In this document: positions 8,431 through 19,000 of the stretch, one piece after another
How positions within the stretch are numbered: the first letter of the stretch is position 1
Layout of the letters: each line of letters begins with the position of its first letter
IMG/VR virus record: IMGVR_UViG_3300046170_000494
Location: 114,984-178,983 of that record
From: a virus
Direction: 5' to 3' (one strand)
DNA length: 64,000 bases
Notes under the pieces: generated by a model
What the model saw: the letters and a program-made list of their open reading frames with translations, nothing else
Told to the model about the DNA's origin: nothing
The model's database searches: none
Position numbers and translations under genes: made by a program

Positions 8431-11400
8431 AATAATATATTATTGTTAGTGTTAGTATCGTTTGAATAATATTTTCCAGCAAAGTCTGGATAGGTAGCTT
8501 GATTCCAAATAAACATCCATGATCTACTTTGGCTCCAAATCCAATGACCTTGACTATTGTAAGAGTTACTAACATAAAAAAATCCGTTATATATGCTATT
8601 TGTTAATACTCCAGTGACCCAATAATTACTTTCAGCCCCTTCATTAAAAGTAGGTATAACATATAAAGTGACTGGAACATTATTATAAAATGCATATTCA
8701 ACATTAATGAAAAAACCTTGCTTCGAAATTTCATCGCCTCTTAATATTTGCTCTTGGATTTGAACTATCGCTCCGAATTTAGAATTATTTATGGTATAAT
8801 GATAACCACTCGAAGAAGCTGCACTTGCTATTACAGCGTCAGTACCGTTTCTACCTAAAAGATAGGAGCTTAAAGGAAATCTTTTAGAATCAAGTACAAC
8901 TTTTCTCTGGCTTGAATTATATATATTATCAACATATGAGCCAAAGCTAATAACTGGTGGATCATACTCTATGCTATTATATTTTCCTGCGATTATACTT
9001 TGGCTACTACCTCCGTCAATTGAATTACTAACTCCCGCCCCGATTATATTTCCTCCCGCATTACCACTAACAAACTGAGGCATTTCATTATTATACCCCG
9101 CGCCGACAAAAGAAAAGTTATCTCCAACATTATTATTAAAACCTCCAGCTACTGTAGAGAATCTTCCGGTTATATCATTATATGCTCCACCAATAATCGC
9201 AGAAGCTAATCCGTGATATCCGCCATAACCAGTAATAAAATTATCATAACCACCTCCAATGAATGTTGCGTTTTCTCCATCTAAACTATTAAATCCAATA
9301 CTAGAACCTCCAGCTGCGGAGTCCAGACCGTTCAATATAAGAGACCCTTTTAATTCTATTCTATTTTCTTGCCCATTAAATCTAATGTAAGAGTCTGAAC
9401 CACCTATATCAAACTTAGGATTTGGCAAGCCATTTTCTTTTTCATTACCTATAAAAAATCCCGTAACGCCGTTTCCGTACTCTTTACCAACAGTTTTAAT
9501 AATTCCGCCATGTCCAACATATTGATTATTGGAATTAACATCCCCCTCTCCCATAGTAAGAGTATGAGTGATTGCAGTGTCTTGAGCTAACAATATATCA
9601 GTTGCAACCATATCAAATTGAGCATCAAACTCTTGCCAATCGTTATTAGAAGAAGAAGGGGTGCTGCTAGTGGTTTCGGCTAAAGCCATCCAATATCCAT
9701 TGCCATAAAATACTACATCCCCTCTTAAAGATTCTTCCGTTGCTCCCTGATAAGTTTTACTTGAATCAAATTCTCCTCTAAAAACTATACCCGCACCCTT
9801 ATTTCCTTTTCGCCCATCAAAACTTAAAGATAGATTTTGTTCAACTGTGAAAGTGCGCACTCCGCCGTCATGATCACGTGTTGTTACATTGTAAGTAACT
9901 TTAGCTTTACTATTCGATTCGGAGCTCCATCCACTTAATTTTGTTCGAAAGCTCTGATTAACTGGTGGCATAATGGATATAGTACAATTATTAGTTGAGG
10001 TTGTTACATAATACTCACCATTTTGACTCCCACTTGTTCCTCCATATTCAAGAGAGTCGGTTCCCTCGAATACTGTTAATATATTTTCTGTTGTATTTAA
10101 ATTCGCAACTGTATTTATTTGACTCAATCCACCTTTTTGTCCATTAGCGTCTGTACCTACGGTTATAGTAACAAACTCTTGGCTTTGAAGTATCGTTATG
10201 CCATTAGATCCTTCTTTTAATTTACTAATAGTTATTTTATCTGTGGATTTTTTCACAAACGATGACCCAACATTAAAAGAGTCGTAAGCTTCAACCTCTA
10301 TGACTGTAGGCAAGTCGCTGGAAGTGTAAGAGCTTGGAACAGTAAAACCATAAGTGTTATCACGGCTCATATTTTGCACTATAGTGTTATCTCTTTTAAA
10401 TATAAAATGTGGAGTATGATAATAAAAACCTCCAGCTTCAGCACTTACTGTTACCGTGCCGGCATGAGGATTTGAACCTAAAGAATTATATTGAATAGCT
10501 TGAGGTTGTGCGGTAAGATCAAGAGTTCTTCCAGCAGAACCTTCTTTTATTTTACTAAAAGTATATAATCTCTCAAACTCAATAGGACCAAGATCAGCCC
10601 TTGTTGAACCCGCTTTATAATGATTATCTTGAAGAGTTATTTTTAAAAAGCCAGTAGTTAAATCATCTGGTAAACTTGTAATTTCTATATTTAATTGATC
10701 AGATGAATTTTTAGTAGCGCTATATGATATACCGCCATCACTTTTCTCTATGCTTTTACAAGAATATGTACCGGTTTGATTAGATCCAGAAAGATATTCA
10801 TAAGATTGATAACCCTTCATGAATACAGTATTAGTAGAAAATCCTTGGTAATCAGTACTATGAACTTTATTATTTTCGTCAGAAGGAAATGAAACGTTTT
10901 CGTTATCTAAAAATACTGTATATGAGTCTTTTCCTGGAAGCGATCCATATATAGTTACAAAATCACTAGCAATAACATTAGTATTATATATTCCACTAAT
11001 TTCAACATGAGCAAGAAATGGAGTATCATCATATTCATTAAATTTAAGATCTAAATTATTTATAGTATGACTAGTATTATCTTGTTGATTAGCTATCTCT
11101 ACTAAATTATCTAAATCCTTACCAGTAGAAAATATATAATGCAATGAACCATATGTATTATATGGAATAGCTTTTAATGATAGTGTTTTATTATTGTCCT
11201 CAAACTCTCTATCGTAATTATATTTATAAACTTGTTGAGCAGCATCTAATTCAACATATATAGAAGCTGCGCCGTCTGCAATAAAGTTAACAGAAATTGA
11301 CCTCTCAGTAGAAGTTTTTTCTCCAGAAGCAGATATTAAAATTGTATTACATGTATTAGGTAATGTAGAATTAATTATATGATCAAATCCGGTGACACTA

Positions 11401-14400
11401 AATTCTGCTCTTGCCTGCTTAACAAATCCATTTGTAAAATCCGAAGCTGGATCATATGTAAATCCACTAATATCATATTTTCCATTTGAATCGCGATCAT
11501 CGTAACCAAATATTGGAATTATATTTCCACCAACAAATACTTTATCAGCTCTAAATCTAACCTCATCAGATTCAATAGAGCTATTTTGAAATCTAGCAAT
11601 AATATCACAAATATCATTATCATCTTCAGGTATATAGGTTCCATCTGATTGCTCAACATAAAAAAACGAATTAGGTTCAGCGGTCATATCTGGAAACGTA
11701 TATTCTTTATCGTCTTCAGTTCTTAATTTTCCGGCAAGAGTTAATACCCCATTATCAAAATATAATCTACCATCGTCTCCTGCGAATACAAAACTTCCAT
11801 CCCCGCTTATGGCAAAACCTTTTTGTTGATCCCCGACAGTTGGAGCTAAACCAGAAAAACCTACACTTCTTATTTGCCCAGTTCCGCCTATTTGGATATC
11901 CTGACTTCGTACTTCTGCAGATCTAATTTTATCTGCAGTTAATGTATGGATTTTAGCGCTCGTTATGGCTGCTTCTCTTATATGAGCGGTTCCTATTGAT
12001 GCATTTGCAAAAGCGTGCCACATAGGAGTAGCGGTACCTGCAGCATTACGAGCAATAATAAAATCATGCTCTTCTCCCAATAAAGAGGGTTTTAAGTTAT
12101 TATTATAAGGGTCTCCATTTAATTCTGTAGTGTCTCCCTCTCCTGCAGGATGATATTTCGATGTATTATAATTACCACTGTATACAATATTTCGAAGAGG
12201 ATTATTTATACTACTATTTAAAGGGCCTCCCCCAGCACCAGTTAGTCCTAAATGTCCACTCTGTACACTTGTGAGTGGAGTTACATCATATCCATGAGTA
12301 GCTTGTTTACCTGTCGCGCTCCAATATACATACGGTTCATCAGTATCAGCGAATCCTTCTCCTATTACATAACCAGTTCCATTGTAATAAACAAAATGTC
12401 TATCCCAGCTAATTTGGTTTGCTGATGGATAATTATCAAAGAAAGGGTCGTTAGGGACTAAAGCTAAAACATTAGGGAATGAATCTGTCAAGTTTTGTTC
12501 GAAATCGGCGAGGTCAGTTGTTTTTGCTTGACCCAAGATTAACTCAAGCCCCTTCACGTCATCTGTACTCAAATTAGCAGCTCCAGTAAATGGACCTTTA
12601 TTTCCAACTTGATCTACTGGCCTAACCCAAAAATATCTTTTATCATTTATTCCTCCTTTATGAGTGATTTGAGATAATTGAGAAATTGCCGGACTATTTA
12701 ATATATTAGTTGCATTTGTAATTCCACTTCCAGGGTCTTGAAGTTCTGGAGGTATAGGACCAACACTACTTAATTCTTGTCCAATTCTATTAAATCCTGT
12801 ATTAGACGCCTGAGTTAAATTAACATTTAATGTACCAAAATGCAAATAATCATCTTCTGATTCCCAAATTTCATAATATTTAACATCGTCAGGAACAATA
12901 TCTAATCTTCCTACGCTATAATTTGGCGCTGCCCAGTTAAGAAAATAGTTTTCAAATGCAGTATCTCCACTGAAATCTATAACAGGCCCAGGAACTAAAT
13001 TTTTAAGAATATTTTCAGATATAGGACCAGCAGGAATACTTGGATCTTGACTACTATATCCCTTGGGATATATCTTAATAAGGTCTAAGGCTCCTTGATT
13101 ATTTTCTAAATTATATACATCACCACTACCAAAAGCATCGAAAGGTAATATCTTGTAATAGTAGCCAGTAATTTCATCATTTATAGGAGGAGAATCAACA
13201 ATAGTAGTTATATTTTCTCCAAAAGTAGAGTCTCCAGCTCCTAAATTTATTTTAACCAAGGGAGAATCTATTTCTTGCCCACCAACATTTATCTTACCGA
13301 CTTTATCTATAGCGAATCCACGATCATCATATATGCTAAAATTAGGTTGAGTAGATCTATACAAATGAACTTTAGTGGTAGATTCTTGAGCTCCAAAAGC
13401 ATAATTAAAATTAAATTTAACTTTAGTTACTTCGCTAAATGGATCTACATTAAAACCGTTAGCTAAAATACTAGGCTCATAATTTTGTCCGATAATCTTT
13501 TCTTTTTGAATTATTTCTCCATAATTATCCAATATCGCGACCTCTAAACCAACCGATCTTTTTCCGCTCTGAGGAATACCTATATGTTTAAATACTATAT
13601 CATCATATTTAGTATCTCTTTCCCATATAGGCATCCAGTGAGAATTTATATAATTAATATCATCAACACCCCCAGCATCAGTTGTAGCAAAGATAGGTTG
13701 TCCGGTCGGATTATTTTGTAAAGCTTTATAAACAATATCTTCACTATATACAAGATCATTAGCATTATAATTCGCAAACTCATCATAAAACGAAACTTGT
13801 AATTGAAATTTATCGGAAACTTCTGGAGTCTGCTCTTCCCAATTAGCAGAATCTATAGATGGGTCGATAGTAATAGGTGAAGATATATTTGCTTTTGCTT
13901 TGAACACAGAATCCTTATAGTCTACCCCTTCAGTGGCGACTCTCCAGAAATCGCTTTCTATACTAGGAGTTATAGCATTACCAATAGATTGAGATCTTAA
14001 AGCTATATAAGCTTCTCCGCTATACAAAACAACAGAATCTTGCTCATATCTTATATTTTCTTCAAAAATTGAGACATTAGATTTGGGTGAAGTAATTATG
14101 TCTCCAGAGTTATATGAATCATATTCATTAAAAAATCCATTAGTATATTCTGGACCAGAGTTTTGAGTTGATTTATAAACATTACCCCCATAACTTACTG
14201 CATCCGAGTGAGGAGTAGAACTTCTATAAATATAATTCTTAGCAGAATCCCACTCAGAGTAAGAAGGTCTAATAAAAGGAGTTGATATACTATTTTGCGA
14301 TTTTATTTCAAATAAACCTAAGTTAGTAGTTGCATTTTTAGGTCCAGAATCAGGAGAGTAAACAGTCGAAGAGCTAAAATCATAAGCGTCAGAAGGAAAT

Positions 14401-16019
14401 CCTCCGGCTTTATAAATTGCGTTATTTATTTCTCTGGTATATTCATAATTGTTAAATACTTTAGCGTTATGCAGACCTTCTACTTTTTCTTTTTCGCCTT
14501 GAGCATTTAATGCGGCGGATGAAGCTTCATCTCCAACGGTTATTCCAGATAAAAACAATTCGGTATCTGCATCAAATAAAGAGCCGCTAATACCTAATAA
14601 AGATGGAACATCTGATTCAGTAAATATAAATTTTCTTTCAGATAAATCAACGGAATTCCCGTCATTATCAACTAAGTCCCAATCAAATATTAAATCACTA
14701 TCTCTTTCTCTAAATCTTAAATTATCTATTCTAATCAAAGAAGTAAAATCCCGCAAAGGGCCTTCTTCATGTAATCCAGTTATTGTTAGATTATAATTTT
14801 TCCCAGGGCCAAAACTATCATTAGCTTCAAATCCATAATAATAAGAATAACCAAATACCTGCATCTGCTCGTGATTGTTTTCAGTAGCAGTTTCCTCTAT
14901 GTATTTAAAGTCAAAAGGTTCTTCTAATTGATTCCAATAATTAGAGTTTGCAGGGCTTTTAGATAAACTTGCTGTATGAGTAACTTTAGCTTCATAAACT
15001 AGTCCGTCAGAATGAAGAACAGTTTGATTCCTTTCATATACTTTATTAGGAATATTCCTCCATGGGCTCGCATTTCTTAGATTAGTATAATAGTAAAAAT
15101 TATCATGAATACTATCACTAGAAAATAGATTTTTTTCTGATGGTATAGCAATCCCGCTTATTTTCACAAAGGAAAAATCGTTATCTACAGAAGACCAAGA
15201 AAAAGAAGTGCTAGAGCCCCTCATTGAATGAGAAAATGAATTTATAGTTGGCTCGTAATTTATTCCCGTAAGTATACCCGTGCAAGTCCTCCCAAAAGAA
15301 TCGTAAGCTACAATTTCAAACGAATTAACTCTCTCCAAATCTAAATCGATAAAAGAAGCTGGATCTATATCTAATTCAAAATTTCTGTAAAAACTTAAAG
15401 CTTGCGCAGGCTCAGATGAATTAAGTTTTACCTGAAGAGCCTCAGAATCATTTAATATTGAATTACTAACAACTAAACCATTCACTCCCCTTTTAATTGT
15501 AACTTCAAAATGGTCAAAAAAATCATCATTAAGCAATTCTGAACTTAAAGATGAACCTTCTTGAGCATGACCTACAGGAGGAATTAATTCCCACTGAATT
15601 TTACTTTTTTTTCCAAGAAATTCCGATTGACTTGCTAATAGATCCCCTTCTTCTTGTGGGATTATTTGATCAACAATATTATTCTGACTAGCAGGGGGAA
15701 GATCTGCGATACGTAAGTTATTAAAAGTAAATGTTCCATCGAAATTTGGCGGACTAATAGTAATCCTTTCTTGTATAAATTCAGAACGAATACCTATATT
15801 ACTTATAGCATAAACCCTAACATCAAATACTCCATAATTACCTTTTAAAGGTATAGTTTTTCTAACAGTATTATTTGAAGATCCTCGATCATTATTTATT
15901 AAAGAACTTCCAACCCCAAGATTATATTGAAAAGAATAATTATCAGAAGTACCAACAACCTCATATGCTGCATCCAAATCTTCAATGTCGAACTTTATTC
16001 CTAGAGTTGTTGTGGCCAT
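8427..16019 (-). CDS. Large tail fibre / host-specificity protein (gpJ C-terminal-like; FN3-like, CBM5/12-like repeats, Gly-rich head repeats)
   Basis: DVRVYAISNIG FN3 strand; repeated Y...V.Y.G..Y.A...W motifs; IGTAHIREAAITSAKIHTLTADKI; GGY.N/AGY.N repeats near the C-terminus. Confidence 0.7.
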   Translation of the reverse strand: MATTTLGIKFDIEDLDAAYEVVGTSDNYSFQYNLGVGSSLINNDRGSSNNTVRKTIPLKGNYGVFDVRVYAISNIGIRSEFIQERITISPPNFDGTFTFNNLRIADLPPASQNNIVDQIIPQEEGDLLASQSEFLGKKSKIQWELIPPVGHAQEGSSLSSELLNDDFFDHFEVTIKRGVNGLVVSNSILNDSEALQVKLNSSEPAQALSFYRNFELDIDPASFIDLDLERVNSFEIVAYDSFGRTCTGILTGINYEPTINSFSHSMRGSSTSFSWSSVDNDFSFVKISGIAIPSEKNLFSSDSIHDNFYYYTNLRNASPWRNIPNKVYERNQTVLHSDGLVYEAKVTHTASLSKSPANSNYWNQLEEPFDFKYIEETATENNHEQMQVFGYSYYYGFEANDSFGPGKNYNLTITGLHEEGPLRDFTSLIRIDNLRFRERDSDLIFDWDLVDNDGNSVDLSERKFIFTESDVPSLLGISGSLFDADTELFLSGITVGDEASSAALNAQGEKEKVEGLHNAKVFNNYEYTREINNAIYKAGGFPSDAYDFSSSTVYSPDSGPKNATTNLGLFEIKSQNSISTPFIRPSYSEWDSAKNYIYRSSTPHSDAVSYGGNVYKSTQNSGPEYTNGFFNEYDSYNSGDIITSPKSNVSIFEENIRYEQDSVVLYSGEAYIALRSQSIGNAITPSIESDFWRVATEGVDYKDSVFKAKANISSPITIDPSIDSANWEEQTPEVSDKFQLQVSFYDEFANYNANDLVYSEDIVYKALQNNPTGQPIFATTDAGGVDDINYINSHWMPIWERDTKYDDIVFKHIGIPQSGKRSVGLEVAILDNYGEIIQKEKIIGQNYEPSILANGFNVDPFSEVTKVKFNFNYAFGAQESTTKVHLYRSTQPNFSIYDDRGFAIDKVGKINVGGQEIDSPLVKINLGAGDSTFGENITTIVDSPPINDEITGYYYKILPFDAFGSGDVYNLENNQGALDLIKIYPKGYSSQDPSIPAGPISENILKNLVPGPVIDFSGDTAFENYFLNWAAPNYSVGRLDIVPDDVKYYEIWESEDDYLHFGTLNVNLTQASNTGFNRIGQELSSVGPIPPELQDPGSGITNATNILNSPAISQLSQITHKGGINDKRYFWVRPVDQVGNKGPFTGAANLSTDDVKGLELILGQAKTTDLADFEQNLTDSFPNVLALVPNDPFFDNYPSANQISWDRHFVYYNGTGYVIGEGFADTDEPYVYWSATGKQATHGYDVTPLTSVQSGHLGLTGAGGGPLNSSINNPLRNIVYSGNYNTSKYHPAGEGDTTELNGDPYNNNLKPSLLGEEHDFIIARNAAGTATPMWHAFANASIGTAHIREAAITSAKIHTLTADKIRSAEVRSQDIQIGGTGQIRSVGFSGLAPTVGDQQKGFAISGDGSFVFAGDDGRLYFDNGVLTLAGKLRTEDDKEYTFPDMTAEPNSFFYVEQSDGTYIPEDDNDICDIIARFQNSSIESDEVRFRADKVFVGGNIIPIFGYDDRDSNGKYDISGFTYDPASDFTNGFVKQARAEFSVTGFDHIINSTLPNTCNTILISASGEKTSTERSISVNFIADGAASIYVELDAAQQVYKYNYDREFEDNNKTLSLKAIPYNTYGSLHYIFSTGKDLDNLVEIANQQDNTSHTINNLDLKFNEYDDTPFLAHVEISGIYNTNVIASDFVTIYGSLPGKDSYTVFLDNENVSFPSDENNKVHSTDYQGFSTNTVFMKGYQSYEYLSGSNQTGTYSCKSIEKSDGGISYSATKNSSDQLNIEITSLPDDLTTGFLKITLQDNHYKAGSTRADLGPIEFERLYTFSKIKEGSAGRTLDLTAQPQAIQYNSLGSNPHAGTVTVSAEAGGFYYHTPHFIFKRDNTIVQNMSRDNTYGFTVPSSYTSSDLPTVIEVEAYDSFNVGSSFVKKSTDKITISKLKEGSNGITILQSQEFVTITVGTDANGQKGGLSQINTVANLNTTENILTVFEGTDSLEYGGTSGSQNGEYYVTTSTNNCTISIMPPVNQSFRTKLSGWSSESNSKAKVTYNVTTRDHDGGVRTFTVEQNLSLSFDGRKGNKGAGIVFRGEFDSSKTYQGATEESLRGDVVFYGNGYWMALAETTSSTPSSSNNDWQEFDAQFDMVATDILLAQDTAITHTLTMGEGDVNSNNQYVGHGGIIKTVGKEYGNGVTGFFIGNEKENGLPNPKFDIGGSDSYIRFNGQENRIELKGSLILNGLDSAAGGSSIGFNSLDGENATFIGGGYDNFITGYGGYHGLASAIIGGAYNDITGRFSTVAGGFNNNVGDNFSFVGAGYNNEMPQFVSGNAGGNIIGAGVSNSIDGGSSQSIIAGKYNSIEYDPPVISFGSYVDNIYNSSQRKVVLDSKRFPLSSYLLGRNGTDAVIASAASSSGYHYTINNSKFGAIVQIQEQILRGDEISKQGFFINVEYAFYNNVPVTLYVIPTFNEGAESNYWVTGVLTNSIYNGFFYVSNSYNSQGHWIWSQSRSWMFIWNQATYPDFAGKYYSNDTNTNNNILL

Positions 16020-16023
16020 TATA

Positions 16024-19000
16024 TTAAATAGTTAAATCAGTTAACACTAAATTTTCCGGAGGTTCCGGTAAAGACATATCCGCTTGAGGCGGAATAGGTA
16101 GGGCAGGCATTTTAATTGATAAATTTTTATCCACAGAATCAAATTTTGAGTCATTATACTCCATACCATTCACTTCGAATTTTCTATCCTCAACTTCTTT
16201 CACAGAAAGAACTCTAAATAATTGAGACTCAAAAGATCTAAATAATCTATTTTGAATAGATTCTATATATTCTACACTCCCTTTATCGTTAATTGTCACA
16301 TCAAAAATTAAATATGCATTATGAGAATCAATTAGTTCGATTTCATCATTGCTAATAAAAATAATATTCCAAGTTTTATTAATTACATTATCATCTAAAT
16401 TAGAAGAGCTTGAGTCAAAATCTCTTATAGTAATTTTATTGTTTTTAAAAAAATCTAAACCGTGCCCTGATTCAAATTTTATTCTTAAAGCGTCCATGTT
16501 AGTAACATCATTATTTAACGATGAAACTTTTTCCCAATCACTTATAACTGCTGAATGATAAGCGGGATTTCTCTGTACATCTTGCAAAGTTAATTCTGCT
16601 TCCACCTCTGAGGGGGTTACTCCTAAAAATTGTTGAATCTGAGAACTACCCATATTTGCTTTAGATGTAATCCAAAAACCGGAAGAAGCAGCAGCGTGCA
16701 AAATTGAAAAATCTCCTCCATCAGGAATGCTATAAATATCATTTTTTGAATAGTTATGGTTCTCTTGAAATACAAAAAACATTAACGGAGAAAAATTAGA
16801 ACCTGTTTGTAAAAACTTTACATATATCCATTTTTGATCATTACTAGACCACCAGTATTGATTATATAAATTATTAGTGGTAGACACCCACCCAAATTCC
16901 GCAGACCAAAACCAAAAAAATTCATTATCATCATTTCTTGAATAATTCATTGATCCAACATAAATCCATCCTAACGAAGCAGAAAATATAAAACCATTAT
17001 CGCTTGGTATATTAACAGTTCCAAACATTAAAGATTCATACCAATTAGTTTCAATTTCTGAAGTGAAGATAAAATAGTTTTCTAAATCGTTTGGGTTATG
17101 AGTCGCTTGCTCTGTAATTTCTGATCCAAAAATTCCTTGTAAAGAGTATGATGCTCCAATTTCTATTTGATCAATATATCTTTGCGTAAAACTTTGGCTT
17201 TCTACAGCAAAGTAATGAAGTCCACCTGTATTAGAAAACTGGTCTCGTCCACGGTCTGAGATATTTATATGATCACCATTTAATGTCAAAGCTACTTGAA
17301 ATGTATGTAATCCAGCATTAACAACAAAATAAGAAGAAGATCCAACTCTAAGTTTATCTAGACCAGCGGGTAATAATCCAGAGGAAATGAATCTAACTCG
17401 ATCTCCGTTTTCTAAATTATGATTGTATGCCTTAATAACATTTTTATTTAAATCAACAGAAAAAGGAACTTTAACCATTAGATTAGATAAAATTGTTTTT
17501 TGTCCTTGAGGTCCAAATTTATTAATATTTTCATTAACTCCTATACTAGCCTGAAACTTAATAAATTGAGGTGTATTATAACTTTCAATTTCAGCATCTT
17601 GATCTTCGGAAGATTTATGTGAAGAAGCTCTTCCGTCTATGATTTTATCAGTCAGAAAAGGAAGTCCTACATTTACTGAAAACTCAACTTTATTTATGGA
17701 AACAAAGTCTTTTGCAGATTTATCTATCAAAATATATGGAGACTCACCTTCAAACGAAGATATATCCAAAACCCTACCACTCATATTCTTACCAGCTCTA
17801 TTTTCATCAGACACTTCGAAGATTGCGCCAGGATACAAATAAGAACCTTCTTCAGAGGTAGTAAAGCTTATTTTTTCATTTTCTAATTGAGACGAGTACA
17901 AAACCCATCTAGCTAATCTTCTAGCTTGAGTTTCAGAGGTTATTCCTAAACCCATAACCTCATTTTCTTGATATCCATAAACCCTCATAGCTGCAGAATC
18001 TTCTTCATATACTAAATCTGGCTTATAGTTTTTATTTTTATTATTAAACCGAACTAAACAAGATGTAAATTTTTTATTTTTATCCATACCAGAATACATA
18101 AATCCAGTCTCTCGATCTATATTTGAATTATTAAATAAAATAATTGGATCTTTTTGGCTGTCCTGTATAGTTAAAATTTTACCAAAATCATACCCAATAA
18201 TTCCTCTGAATACAGAAGCTAAATTGTTCATAACCGTCAAAGCCTCGCCTCTTTCGTGGAGATATGTGCTGCATGTAAACCGTGGTTCTATAACAGGATA
18301 GTTTTTTTGTAGGCAGGCAGCGCCTAACGTTCTTCTTTTTCCATTTATTGAAAAAGTCGAAGGTATTTCTTCTAGCGATGGGCCAAATACAGTAATACTT
18401 TTTTTTGCTGGATTAGACTCTTTTAAAACTCTTTCTTCGATAACTATTTCTCCTCTACGAACACATGAATTCTTTCTTACTAACTGCCTGGCATTAGTTT
18501 GTTGCATAGTTGATTCTGAAAAATTATGTTGATACATAAAAATAGCTACTTTAAGACCTTGAAATTCAACACCTTCACCAAAATCTTTCCTAAATTCGCC
18601 TTCAGAATAAGAGGTGTATTCAACATCACTACCATTAGAGTTATAAAAACCGTTTTGATGAAAGCTAATTTCAAAACTTCCCTCTTCTCCATCTCCTTCT
18701 TGATTAGATATATTGTTATTTGTAACACACGACCGAGGGGAAAAAGTTAATGTTTCGGGAGGGTGTCTAGTTTCAACCAGTTCGTCACAATATTTTGCGG
18801 CTTTATATAATTGCCATTTATCTATATTATATTCCTCTAAACCATATTTCCCCAATCCATATCTAGGATTTTGTACTAAATCATAAAATATCCAAGCAGG
18901 GTTGTCTGTCCAATATCTAAATTCGTCAGAAATATCATTAACAGAACTTCCATCAATAGTTTGACCTTTAAAAAATCCATTCCAAGGACCCTTATATTTC